NCBI GenBank assembly: GCA_964016885.1
Contig: OZ024740.1
Span: 309,628,001 to 309,692,000 of the forward strand
Length of the DNA stretch: 64,000 nt
Origin: Eledone cirrhosa
Taxonomy: Eukaryota
Direction of reading: 5' to 3'
Shown here: positions 1 to 16,029 of the stretch, piece after piece
Layout: the number at the start of each line of letters is the position of its first letter
How positions within the stretch are numbered: the stretch's first letter is position 1
Position numbers and translations under genes: made by a program
The notes under the pieces: generated by a model
Database searches by the model: none
Told to the model about the DNA's origin: nothing
The model's input: only the letters and a program-made list of their open reading frames with translations

Positions 1-2295
<2,295 letters not shown>

Positions 2296-2448
2296 ATACT
2301 TTGGGAGGGTCATGTTGCCAATAAGAAACACACGCACCAGTTGCTTTCACTTCAATTTAATTTAATATATATTTATAAATTTACAAATTTATAAATTTCT
2401 GGTTGGTTGGTTGGTTCCACAACCAGATAGTTGTTTATATATATATAT

Positions 2449-2493
2449 AGTCATAGTTCTTTCGTCACACACTCTGTGACCTCTTCAGTGACT
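2449..2493 (-). ncRNA. Hammerhead ribozyme (inverted pLTR copy)
   Basis: Reverse complement reads agtca-CTGAAGA-ggtcacagagtgtgtgac-GAAA-gaac-TA-tgact. Confidence 0.78.
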
Positions 2494-3287
2494 ACAAATT
2501 TAGAAGGGCCCTAAAGAAACATAATCTCAATATTAAGATAGTAGAAAGACCTGGTACCTCCGTAAAAACACTTATTAGCAAGACATACCCGTTCCAAAGA
2601 CCCTCATGTATAGATAAGAAATGTATAACCTGTAAAATAAGCCCCCATATTAACTGTAAAACTAGAAATGTAGTATATAGCATAAGATGTACTGAAGGAC
2701 AATGTAGAAACAAAAATATAGTGTACATAGGTGAGACAGCTCGTAGTATAGGGGAACGAATAAATGAACACTGGCGAGACCTCCAAGATAGTAAAGAATC
2801 ATCTGTGCTCTACCAACATGCTAAGATAGAACACAGGGGTAAATTAGAGAGCATAGAAATAAAAATAGAATCCACACACAAGAAAGACGCAATGTTTAGG
2901 CAAATTACAGAGGCAGTAAGCATAAAAGAATTAAAACCAAAATTAAATAGAAAATATGAGTGGAACAGCAACATCACAACTTACAATTAAGGACAAAATG
3001 AAAACACACACACACATAGAACAAACAACTTACAATTGAAAACACACACAAAATGAAAACACACACAAGACAAAATGAAAACACACACACACATAGAACA
3101 AACAACCAACCAACAATAAATAAATAAATAAACAAACAAATATAAATAGAAAAATAGAAAAATGAACACAAACACACACAGACACCCGGATGTGGCGCAT
3201 GCGCAAACTGAGCACGCAACCCACACACAAACAAAATGGCGTAGGATAGAAGAAAGGAAAGGCACAGAAACGAAGAAAGAAATCCCC

Positions 3288-3332
3288 AGTCACTGAAGAG
3301 GTCACAGAGTGTGTGACGAAAGAACTATGACT
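3288..3332 (+). ncRNA. Hammerhead ribozyme in PLE 3' pLTR
   Basis: agtca-CTGAAGA-ggtcacagagtgtgtgac-GAAA-gaac-TA-tgact. Confidence 0.78.
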
Positions 3333-3545
3333 ATATATATATATAAACAACTATCTGGTTGTGGAACCAACCAACCAACCAGAAATTTATAAATTTGTAA
3401 ATTTATAAATATATATTAAATTAAATTGAAGTGAAAGCAACTGGTGCGTGTGTTTCTTATTGGCAACATGACCCTCCCAAAGTATAACAATATCGGTTTC
3501 AACACACGATTTCAGATAAAGAATCTTGCTAAACAAATTCAGAAA

Positions 3546-3586
<41 letters not shown>

Positions 3587-4239
3587 TACATATATACATA
3601 TATACATATATACATATATATACGCGCATTTGTGTTTATAAGTATGTGTATGTATGTATAAAAGCCTAAGTGTAGAAATATGCATGCATATATAAGCGTA
3701 TAAGGCGAGAATTAAGATATTCAGCAGTAATTTAGACGGATTTTATCTCAGTCTGTCATGCATGTGTGTGTCATGGAAGCCACTATAACTGTTGGTGTAC
3801 CTAAAAGTAATAGAAAATAAATTTCCTTCAAACAAGGTCCTACTGTCATAGTTGTAAAAGTTGGTGAAAGCTACAGTGTAAACATTTTAATTCACCCGGG
3901 CTCTGCCGCACTTTGGGCCAAGGAGGGTAAACTCTCCAAATATCGGTAGCACTCCGACAGGTTTGTTGTTGAGACCATAGCAATGGAAACTTCTGGTGTC
4001 CTTCGCTCTAGGACTACCTCTCAACTCACCACCCTCGGTACAGATCTGGCTACCCTCAGGGGTGAGTCTTGCAAGCCAGAATAGATTTTCCGAAGCGTCT
4101 CCTTCAACATCCTCTATGCCGACTGCCGGAGTTGCTGAGCGGCCAGCACGTGGGACCCATTTGCTCATAATAGTGAGTGATGGGAAGATCGGGAGAGATG
4201 GAGGCAGTGACAGTGGAAGTTTGGTTCCTGGTGTATATA

Positions 4240-4338
4240 TGAGGTGTGTCAGAAAAGTTCCAGGACTCTTAGTGTAAAGTTTGGGTTTGAAATAAATATT
4301 TTGTGATATCAGTCCTGGAACTTTTCTGACACACCTCG
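4240..4338. mobile_element. Tc1/mariner-type MITE
   Basis: 28-bp terminal inverted repeats (y)gaggtgtgtcagaaaagttccaggact / agtcctggaacttttctgacacacctcg, flanked by TA at 4238-4239 and 4339-4340. Confidence 0.8.
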
Positions 4339-4782
4339 TATTTAACACACACACATTTAAATAAACTTTCCTGAATTACAGAAATGAATAAGTAAATTCT
4401 TCATTCATTCATAAACCAATGGTAAATTTATTATTTTATTTTATTTTATTTATGCTTTTTTAAATGGCCTTCAAATTTTGTTTGAATTTCAGATGTTCTG
4501 ATTGTGCAAGAAAAAATGGATAAATAAAATCTAAATTTATTTTATTGGTCATGCCCTTTTCACTGACAACATACCTAATGATTACTCCAAGTGCGAAGCA
4601 TTATATATGCTGACTGTAATAGGGAGAGGTATTAAAAAAATCACCACTTGACAAAGCTAATAACATTTTTATATACATTATTTGCTTTCAACAAAAGGCA
4701 ATAAACATTCTGCTATAAATGGTACTTCAGTTAAAATTCAGCAATTAAATTTCAATGGTGAAATATTGTAACTTTAATAAAA

Positions 4783-4812
4783 TACCCGGGAATCACCGGG
4801 TAGCTCAGCTAG
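4783..4812 (+). mobile_element. Helitron-type 3' terminus
   Basis: Hairpin acccggg-aatca-ccgggt followed about 8 nt later by CTAG then T. Confidence 0.5.
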
Positions 4813-5274
4813 TATATATGTATATATATATATATATATATACGCGTTTCTGTCTATAAGTATGTGTATGTAGGCATAAACGCCTTAGTGCAGAAATATG
4901 TATGCATATGTAAGCGTATAAGTCGGGAGTTAAAATTTATCAGCAGCAATTTAGATGAACCGGCTTTTATCTCAGTCTCTCCCTCTCTTACTATACGTGT
5001 GTGGGTATGTTTCTTCTCAGGCACATATTAAGTTTTGTTGTCTGTTTTATTATAGACAGACTAAGATATCAGATGCTGTATCAGGTAGAATTTTGACATA
5101 AAAGATATTTATATTTGATTTATTTACTATACAGACTGGGTAAGGTCGTCATAAAATAGACTGATAAGTAGAACACGTGATAGGTATGAAATATAATATA
5201 GATAATAATTATCACAAGATATGATATAAAACTTTAAAATATTGAAGGTTAACCACCTAAAAACATTACTTCGC

Positions 5275-5347
5275 TGGAGAATCCGGGCATCGATCCCGGT
5301 ACCTCTCACATGCTAAGCGAGCGCTCTACCATCTGAGCTAATTCCCC
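5275..5347 (-). tRNA. tRNA-Ala(AGC)
   Basis: Reverse complement GGGGAATTAGCTCAGATGGTAGAGCGCTCGCTTAGCATGTGAGAGGTACCGGGATCGATGCCCGGATTCTCCA; 73 nt, anticodon AGC, G3:U70 Ala determinant. Confidence 0.95.
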
Positions 5348-5419
5348 TTGCTTGTTATTTTCAATGGTTCTTTCTGATAACATTCTTTTCCTCTCATTCA
5401 TAATACTATTATTTATCTT

Positions 5420-6372
5420 GCTGTTGTTGTTGTTGTTGTTGTAGTTGTTGTAGTTGTTGTTGTCGTTTTTATTGTTCTTGTTGTTGTGGTAGTTGTGGTA
5501 GTTGTTGTTGTCGTTTTTATTATTGTTGTTGTAGTTGTTGTTGTGGTAGTTGTTGTTGTCGTTTTTATTATTGTTGTTGTTGTAGTTGTTGTTGTGGTAG
5601 TTGTTGTCGTTTTTATTGTTGTTGTAGTTGTTGTTGTTGTTGTAGTTGTTGTTGTTGTAGTTATTGTCGTTTTTATTGTTCTTGTTGTAGTAGTTGTTGT
5701 AGTTGTTGTTGCTCTTGTTGTTGTTGTTGTTGTTGTTGTTGTAGTTGTTGTTGTTGTTGTAGTTGTTGTTGTAGTTGTTGTAGTTGTTGTTGTCGTTTTT
5801 ATTGTTCTTGTTGTAGTTGTAGTTGTTGTTGTAGTTGTTGTTGTCGTTTTTATTATTATTGTTGTTGTAGTTGTTGTTGTGGTAGTTGTTGTTGTCGTTT
5901 TTATTGTTGTTGTTGTTGTAGTTGTTGTTGTAGTTGTTGTTGGCGGTTTTATTGTTGTTGTACTTGTTGTTGTTGTACTTATTGTCGTTTTTATTGTTCT
6001 TGTTGTAGTAGTTGTTGTAGTTGTTGTAGTAGTTGTTGTTGTAGTTGTTGTTGTAGTTGTTGTTGTTGTTCTTGTTGTAGTTGTTGTTGTTGTAGTTGTT
6101 GTTGTAGTTGTTGTTGTAGTTGTAGTTATTGTAGTTGTAGTTGTTGTTGTAGTTGTTGTTGTTGCAATTGTTGTTGTAGTTGTAGTTGTTTTTGTTGTTG
6201 TAGTTGTTGTTGTCGTTTTTATTATTGTTGTTGTTGTAGTTGTTGTTGTGGTAGTTGTTGTTGTCGTTTTTATTGTTGTTGTTGTTGTAGTTGTTGTTGT
6301 TGTCGTTTTTATTGTTGTTGTTGTTGTAGTTGTTGTTGTTGTAGTTGTTGTTGTAATTGTTGTTTTTGTTGT
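5420..6372. repeat. Long imperfect (GTT/GTA)n trinucleotide array
   Basis: About 950 bp of gtt/gta triplets with recurring gtcgtttttatt interruptions; source of the spurious poly-Val and poly-Thr ORFs. Confidence 0.95.
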
Positions 6373-6404
6373 CTGTCCCCTTCTCTCAACATTGGAATGG
6401 TTAC

Positions 6405-6900
6405 TGCGCTGCATCACATCGCTCTAGGTTGGGCAGCTTTCAACAAGAAGATGGAAGTACTAACATTAAAACGAGTTTCCTATCATTTGAAGGCTAAGAT
6501 ATTTGATACTTACATCCTACCAGTGGTGTTATATGGTCTTGACTGTGTTAATTGGACGACAAGGTTACTACAAAAGCTCTCTACATCCCAGAACCACATC
6601 ATGAGACTTATGACAGTCAAGCGGATCAGCGACTGTATCTGTATCAGTGAGCTGCTCAACATTACCAAAGTTAGACCAATTACATCAATTGTCAAGATCA
6701 AGTCAAGAGTACTCGAACTATACGGTTATTTAAAAAGATCAACTCGTGGTGTGAGTAGGTCATGCCTGGAAGGAAGGTTGGCTGGTAAGAGAAGCAGAGA
6801 CCCGCCGCCAAAACGATGGCTTGATAATGTCAACTTATGGACTTGACTTGATCTTTCTTCTTTGAACTCTGCTGCTGGTGATCGAACTTTGTGGAGAAAC
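6405..6900 (+). mobile_element. RTE-clade LINE 3' fragment
   Basis: IALGWAAFNK...KAKIFDTYILPVVLYG...LEG..GKRSR..PPKRWLDNV, typical of the RTE ORF C-terminus. Confidence 0.8.
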
Positions 6901-7091
6901 ATATCTCATGTTGATGTGCATTGTGCATCTTGTGGAGTTTAATGTCACAAGAAAAAACATATGGAGTAAGGCCGTTATAAAATAGACAGATAAGTGGAAC
7001 AAGTGAAGATATAATAAAGATGATAATTATCACAAGATATGATATAAAACTTTAAAACATTTAGAGTCATCCACCTCAAAATGTATTTTAC

Positions 7092-7164
7092 TGGAGAATC
7101 CGGGCATCGATCCCGGTACCTCTCACATGCTAAGCGAGCGCTCTACCATCTGAGCTAATTCCCC
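7092..7164 (-). tRNA. tRNA-Ala(AGC)
   Basis: Same 73-nt sequence as 5275-5347, with paralogous flanks. Confidence 0.95.
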
Positions 7165-7256
7165 CTGCTTGCTATTTGGAATGGTTCCTTTGTGATAAAA
7201 TTCTTTTCCTCTCATTCATTATTGTATTTTCCATCTTATTGTTTATTGTTGTTGAT

Positions 7257-7499
7257 CTTCTTCTTCTTCTTCTTCTTCTTCTTCTTCTTCTTCTTCTTCT
7301 TCTTCTTCTTCTCCTTCTTCTTCTTCTTCAACGTAGAAAGTAAAGGGCCATAATTCTATGTCGTAAAGCTTATTATCCGATGCTTTACGATACTGCTAAT
7401 ACACCACACTTATTAGAAGAAGAAGAAGAAGAAGAAGAAGAAGAAGAAGAAGAAGAAGAAGAAGAAGAAGAAGAAGAAGAAGAAGAAGAAGAAGAAGAA

Positions 7500-7530
<31 letters not shown>
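7257..7530. repeat. (CTT)n, (GAA)n and (CAA)n microsatellites
   Basis: Read directly; the (CTT)n and (GAA)n tracts are mutually inverted around an approximately 85-bp spacer. Confidence 0.9.
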
Positions 7531-7531
<1 letters not shown>

Positions 7532-7622
7532 CATCCAACCCATCCCAGCATGGAAGGTGGACGTAAAACGATTATAATTATCTATATGAGCATAAGAATT
7601 TCATTATTTATTGTCTGCTTAC

Positions 7623-7916
7623 CTGGTTGATCTTTAATAACTACTGTTGGTTTACTTGGTTCTCCTGGACCTGCTGAATTTTCAGTTATAACTCGGAACT
7701 GCATCTCTTCTCCTTCATGTAATTTAGTCACAGTGAAGCTAGTACCGTGAACTGGAGCACGAGTATATGTCTGCCATTTACCACCCTTTCCTTTCTTTTC
7801 AACTGTATAACCAGTAATCTTACTTCGACCATTGTTTTTAGGTGGTGTCCATGACAAAGTGACAGAGTCCTTGGTGATTTTATCAACACTGGGATTGCTT
7901 GGAGAGCCAGCTGGGA
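7623..7916 (-). CDS. Single coding exon encoding a twitchin/titin-family fibronectin type III domain
   Basis: 294 nt, phase 1-1. Polypyrimidine acceptor ttctattttaaAG and donor ccag|GTAAGC. Translates to PAGSPSNPSVDKITKDSVTLSWTPPKNNGRSKITGYTVEKK...WQ...FTVTKLHEGEEMQFRVITENSAGPGEPSKP. Confidence 0.9.
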
Positions 7917-8290
7917 CTTTAAAATAGAAATGAGGAAAAAAAAAAGAAATTAAATTTAAACCTCACACATATGTAGAAAGTTTCTTGGGTGTTTTAATGA
8001 TAGACACTCCAGTCCTATTATGTTGTTACACCTCATATCTGTTAGGTTTAGCGGGCCGCCTAAGAGGTTGAATATCATAGGAAGTTTTAATGATAGGGGC
8101 CTTTGTGTTGTTACAACTCTCACCTGTTAGGTTTAGCTGGTTGTATCTCATAACAGGTTTCTCGTGTGTTTTGAAGAAGAAGAAGAAGAAGAAGAAGAAG
8201 AACAACAACAACAACAACGACGACGACGACGACAACAACAACAAGGAGAAAATAAATTATTACAAAGGAACCATTCAAAATAGCAAGCAA

Positions 8291-8363
8291 GGGGAATTAG
8301 CTCAGATAATAGAGCGGTCGCTTAGCATGTGAGAGGTACTGGGATCGATACCCGGATTCTCCA
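8291..8363 (+). tRNA. tRNA-Ala(AGC) variant, probably a pseudogene
   Basis: Same frame as the other two copies, but D-loop GG changed to AA and there are anticodon-stem and T-stem substitutions. Confidence 0.75.
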
Positions 8364-8615
8364 GCAAAAGGCATATTTTTAGGTGGGTAACACTCAATGT
8401 TTTAAAGTTTTATATAATATCTTGTGATAATTATCATCTTTATTATATTTTCATACCTATCACTTGTTTTATTTATGTCTTTTTTTTTTTATAACGGCCT
8501 TACCCATATGTATAGTAAATCAAATATAAATATCTGTTATGTCAACTTCTACCCAATACAGCTTTTGATATCTTAGTTGGTCTGTAATAAAACAAACAAC
8601 CAAACTTGTGGTCGA

Positions 8616-8709
<94 letters not shown>

Positions 8710-9059
8710 ATATCGAGAGAGGGAAGGTCGACTGAGATAAAAGCGGGTTAATCTAAATTGCTGGAAACTTTACCTCTCGCCTTAATCGCTTATATATGTA
8801 TACATATTTCTACATTGGCTTATATGCATACATACACATACTTACACACACAAACGCGTATATATATATATATATATGTAATATGTTATCAAGTATGTAT
8901 ATGATGCAATACTGATTCATTGTTCTCTATTTATTATATATATATATATATGCACATGAGTGTGCGTGATTGTGTGTGTGTGTATGTGTGTGTGTCTGTG
9001 TGTTTGTGTGTTGTACAATGAAAATAAAACGAAAGTAGAAGTTTGGTGTTTAATTAGTT

Positions 9060-9150
9060 CATTGTTTTACGATCGTTTCAGGAGTCTAATTGATCTTGAT
9101 AAATCAATATATTACTAGTCTCCATATCATCATCTTCCTCAGAAACAATG
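9060..9150 (-). ncRNA. Hammerhead ribozyme with extended stem II
   Basis: Reverse complement: cattgttt-CTGAGGA-[about 55 nt including ggagact...gactcc]-GAAA-c(gatc)g-TA-aaacaatg. Perfect 8-bp stem I and palindromic loop III. Confidence 0.7.
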
Positions 9151-9328
9151 AGTTATAGTCTTTATTTATAAGATATATAAAGAGGCTGAACTACATCAAT
9201 TGGTTACTTGGACAAAGAAAAATAAATGAAGGATAAAAGAATAAAAGATTAGGATTCACAATCAAGGATGAAGAAATACAAGGAAATAAGTAGGAAATGT
9301 TGTAGAAAATAATAATAATAATATTATT

Positions 9329-9562
9329 TTGATTTAGGCACAAGGCCAGCAATTTTGGGTGAGGGGGAAGTCGATGAAATCAACCCCAGTGTATTACTGC
9401 TACTTTATTATATGAACCACGTAACGATGAAAGACAAAACTAACCTCGGCGGATTTAGATGTACAACTTAACTTTGCCTTTCATCCTTACGGAGTCGATA
9501 AAATAAGTACCAGTAATGCACTGGGTCATTGCTGGCCTTGTGCCAAAAGTAGAAACAATTAT
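9329..9562. mobile_element. Two degenerate SINE fragments in opposite orientation
   Basis: ggcacaaggccagcaatt (minus) and actttgccttcatccttacggagtcgataaaataagtaccag (plus). Confidence 0.7.
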
Positions 9563-9702
9563 TATTAGAAGAAAATAATTAATAAGGTAATGAATGAGAA
9601 GGAAATAAAGTTATCAAAAAGGAAACATGGAATTTTATTTTAAATGTACCCCCCCCCCTACACACACACACACCGCACACACCGCACACACCGCGCACAC
9701 AC

Positions 9703-9796
<94 letters not shown>

Positions 9797-12589
9797 CATA
9801 TATATATGAGCCTGTAGCTGGTTTAGAATACCAAATTTCATCACCAGATCTCGTTAGAATTATTCTTCAAGATTACATGAAGTTCTAACAACGTTATTAG
9901 CCCTATCATAAACTCACACACACACACACATATATATATATACGTGTGTGTGTGTGTATGTGTGTGTGTGTCTGTATGCATGTGTGTCTTTGTGTGCATG
10001 TGTACCTGTGTGTGTATCTCTCTATGTGTGTGTGTGTGTGTGTGTACGAACTACCTGGGGGTTTATATGACGCTAATTTGCATTCAATTGCAAATTAATC
10101 TACTGCTGATTTCTTAAAATCAGGATATGATTTTAACTCATCTACATCTCTGTCTAACTACACTAATTAGCTGAGCACCGACATCACCAATCGACTTTCA
10201 TTTAGAAGTTGTCTCCTGATGCTTCTAGGTTTTCCCTAACTGTTTTTAATTTAACGCGTCTGAAGTTAATTCGAAGAACATATTAATAAACGGAACTATA
10301 AAACCATGTAAATAGATTAATGGGAAAAGTAGTCTTCCTTTGCATTAACAAAATAAGTGAAATCATGTACAATAAATGGAAAACGAAATAGCATCTTTAT
10401 CAAGAAGAAATATATTATAATATATACAAATATATATAAGATATACAAATAATGTAGAATTACCCCCCCCCCCACCACACATACACACCAAACTTATTTA
10501 GCTATGTCTAGGTACCAAGTTAAGATGTAAAGCAGCCGTCCACACCGGGGAAGCTTTTACCAACTTACCTTCTGAATTGCCCAAGTTTATACTGAAACTT
10601 GGTCTCAAGAATGTTTTCAACTATATCAGTCTTAATGTCGTCTATCGCACAATAAAGGAGAAGGGCTCATAACCACCAGCTTCATATCTGCATGTAGACC
10701 TATTCACAGAACCTTACCCCTCTATCTCGGTACCTCCCTCATCGACATAGTGCTCGCTAGGAACACAAATTATTGACCTAGCTTTCAAACTCATTTTTCT
10801 GTCCAAGTTGGCAATTGTGCCCCTATTAAGTTTTCCTTTTATACCTAGGAATTACCTGTTGATTCCTAAGTTATTTTATATGCTCAAAGTCATTGTCTGC
10901 TGTAGATTCTCGTCATCTCTCCAACGCTTTGATAATCTAATCTTTGGTAAACCTGAATGCTAGGTCACGCCAGACCCCAACCAGAGTTTCGTAACTAGGT
11001 TGCGTTGCCCAAAGGATTGGGTGGGGAGAGGTCTGTGTAAAGGCTCATCTCTATCTCTTCTTTACTTTCTTTCTGCCGTCCATGTTTGCTTCCCTTTTGG
11101 TGGGTAATATCCTCTCCTTTTCAAGATAGACTAGTTCTACCAAGGAGAAGAATGAAGCGCTACTTCATTGCAAGAAGCTAGTTTTGTCAGTTCCTGATAC
11201 AGCGGAGAATAGACTGAATCATGGAGTTAGGGAAAACATGCGTTCCAGAGACATCTTCAATTCTCTATCTAATTAATCTGATTAATTATCAAGGTGTCAC
11301 CCTTCTGCGAGCGCAAAATTCTTGGGGGAATGGGTTTATTCCCTGCCCGTAAGTAACATCCGTGGTCTACTCATTGCAATTAGAGCCGATCTCTCTGGGG
11401 GATTGAAATGCCGCTTTTGTAGGCCCCTCGACTCCACAGGTCTCCAAGTTATGCCACCATGTGAATGCTGGTTGTTTTTATCACGATACTGAGCTGAACG
11501 TAATTATTGAGTGATCCTTTACTCGGTAAACATACCCTATTCTAGAACCGGTTGCATTGTTCAGAGTTGATGGAAATAGCCCAGATAGTCTTACCATTTG
11601 ACCAAGGGTAAGAGGTAGATGTCTCATTTGGGACGCCACAGTCAGTGACTCGTTTACTTTACCCCACATTCTGGATGCTGCAGTAAATGTGAGGATCCTT
11701 GTTTCTGTAGCAGCATTATATTTTAAAATAGCGGGCACTATCACCAAAATATTTTTTCCAGCATTTTCTCCAGTCATTCGAGGCGTTTGGTGGAGCTGGG
11801 TCCCTGACAACGAAGTACTTATCATATTTGGCTATACGCTTTAACGTGGTATCAATTGATGCCCGCGAGAGTGCTTGGTTGTTGCAGCGCCTTAGCCACG
11901 ATATCACCCACGGTAACTCGGTCAGTGTGTTAGCGTGCCTCAAAATGAATAGGAGGGAGGCTCCGGCATCCTTGTGGTGTGTGACTGATCGACTAACATA
12001 GTGTTGTTGCAGATTGAAATCTCACCTCCTAATATTTAAATAAAAGTGTATCACCTATAAAAAGAAATTTACCATATATACCGATGCCACGGATGCGTAA
12101 CAAAGAGTCCCATTTCGGTCAATCATGACCGAAATGGGTCTATTCCTCTCTATATTGATATATTCAGTTACAGAAAATTGTGTATTTATGTGTGCGTCAG
12201 TTAAACATTCGTCTGTTGAACATTCATCTGTTATGTGTAGTTAGTGGCTCCATTTGGGCGTGTAGTTAATCTATTATTGTAGTTCAGTAGAGCTGCGCTT
12301 GTTTTTATTTTGTGGTTGTACAATTTCGTTTGCAGGAAATTATAGAAAATTATAACATAAATGTCTGTCTGTCTGCCTGTCTGTCTGTATGTATGTATGT
12401 ACATATGTATGTATGTATGTATGTACATATCTCTGTATGTATGTATGTATGTATGTATGTATGTATGTATGTATGTATGTATGTATGTATGTATGTATGT
12501 ATGTATGTATGTATGTATGCCTGTCTTTCTGTATGTCTGTATGTCTGTATGTATGTATGAATGTATGTATAAATGCATGTTTGCATGTC

Positions 12590-12835
12590 CAAGCATTGAG
12601 TCGCAAGTAACATCTCAAAAGCACTGGACAGGACATATCGTCCGTACGAAAGAAAGCAGGATCCCGAAGCAACTCTTTTACGGTGAGCGCCATCTTGGAA
12701 AAAGGGCTCAACACAAACCGAAAATGAGGTTCAGGGACAGCATAAAAACAATCTCAAAGTGCTGGCATTTGACATAGACAACTGGGAGGAGACAGCTCTA
12801 AATAGGGCTGAGTGGAGAAAGCGCATAAAGGGCAG
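12590..12835 (+). mobile_element. RTE/BovB-like LINE 3' fragment
   Basis: SIES..Q.HWTGHIVR.KESRIPKQLFYGE..GKR..KPKMRFRDSIK. Confidence 0.8.
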
Positions 12836-12996
12836 TTCTAATTATGTTTCAACATCCTAGACCTTGCCCCATTATCCTGCTTTTATTTTACCTACTTTTT
12901 ACATCTTATAATGTAACTTTTAAATTTGTATTTTTCTTTTTCTCTATTCTTCTGAATTTTGGCTTGTTCTAGCCGTTGATACCTTTTGTCTTTTCC

Positions 12997-13041
12997 TTGC
13001 TCTGAAAAGTCCTAATTACTGGGACGAAACATTGTCAGCGA
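12997..13041 (+). ncRNA. Degenerate hammerhead ribozyme
   Basis: ttgct-CTGAAAA-gtcc(taattactg)ggac-GAAA-c(att)g-TC-agcga followed by AATAAA; G8 replaced by A. Confidence 0.55.
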
Positions 13042-13186
13042 ATAAAGATTTTTAATGTATTAAAGGGTTCTTTGTTGATTTATATAATTTTTTCGGCTCT
13101 GTTTGATAACATTGAGCTATCTCTTGTACTGTCATTTCTCTAATGCGACGAGTGTGTTTGACTCTAATGCACTCAAGTATTTTTAT

Positions 13187-15140
<1,954 letters not shown>

Positions 15141-15189
15141 TACTGCACAGTGTATGCAAAGATATTATTTGATATAGATATAATAACAG

Positions 15190-15650
15190 ATTTCGAATTA
15201 TGAAACTACCCCGGGTGTGTAATACTTGTAATCATTCTACTGCTCTCAACGTACACATAATGATCCAAGAGATTGCAGTGAAGGATTTAACAGACTTTTT
15301 TCCGTTCATCAATAGATAAATAATCATAGGCTTTGACATGTGAAGAGATCTTAGAGTAATCGCTGTTTTGGGGAAACACAAAGTTGAACTTTACTCATAT
15401 TTATACATCCACACAAAGTAGCAGCAGGGAATTCAAGCTATCCATATAATTAGCAGTACGTTGGCATGACATTTGCACTTGACTACGCTAAGCACCAGTC
15501 CTATCTACTTACACCATTGCTGTGGATGTGCAATTATACTTATACCTACACGAAGAGCTGTTGCAATAGAAACCGTTACACTTCTGGTAAATACAATTTT
15601 CAGCAAGGTAGTTATTGTTGCTTTCTCTATGAGATTAACACCTTTGTTTA
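15190..15650 (-). pseudogene. Decayed class A GPCR-like remnant (TM3-TM5 region)
   Basis: One frame with stops: ..SVTVSIATALRVGISIIAHPQQWCK*..NVLLIIWIA*IPCCYFVW..C; resembles the post-DRY I.HP motif and the TM4 W..P motif. Confidence 0.45.
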
Positions 15651-15772
15651 AATTATTTGTGCACGGTCATCTCTGTAATCTAATAATTAATTGCCAAATA
15701 AATCGACTCGTGTAGATACGACGTCAATAAAGTCCATTATATGTATATTCCATTATTTACACCCCCCCCCCC

Positions 15773-15811
<39 letters not shown>

Positions 15812-15821
15812 ATATAGAAAT

Positions 15822-15872
15822 GGCTTCTATAGGACTAGAACTGTTTCATTCGAAGGAGATCATCAGGAAAGC
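15822..15872 (-). ncRNA. Hammerhead ribozyme in a short microsatellite-flanked repeat
   Basis: Reverse complement: gctttc-CTGATGA-tctccttcgaat-GAAA-cagttctagtccta-TA-gaagcc; paralog at 32427-32478. Confidence 0.6.
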
Positions 15873-15953
15873 AGACTCTGCTATGAATTGAGTACCTTAC
15901 TTACTATAGTACTATAGTTACCCCCGATTGAATCCGAAATACACACACACACT

Positions 15954-16029
<76 letters not shown>

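Noticed and set aside
5413-6427. 334-aa poly-Thr (mucin-like) and 313-aa poly-Val ORFs
   Set aside because: By-products of a trinucleotide array; the paralogous tRNA blocks have other microsatellites at the same position and there is no flanking coding context.
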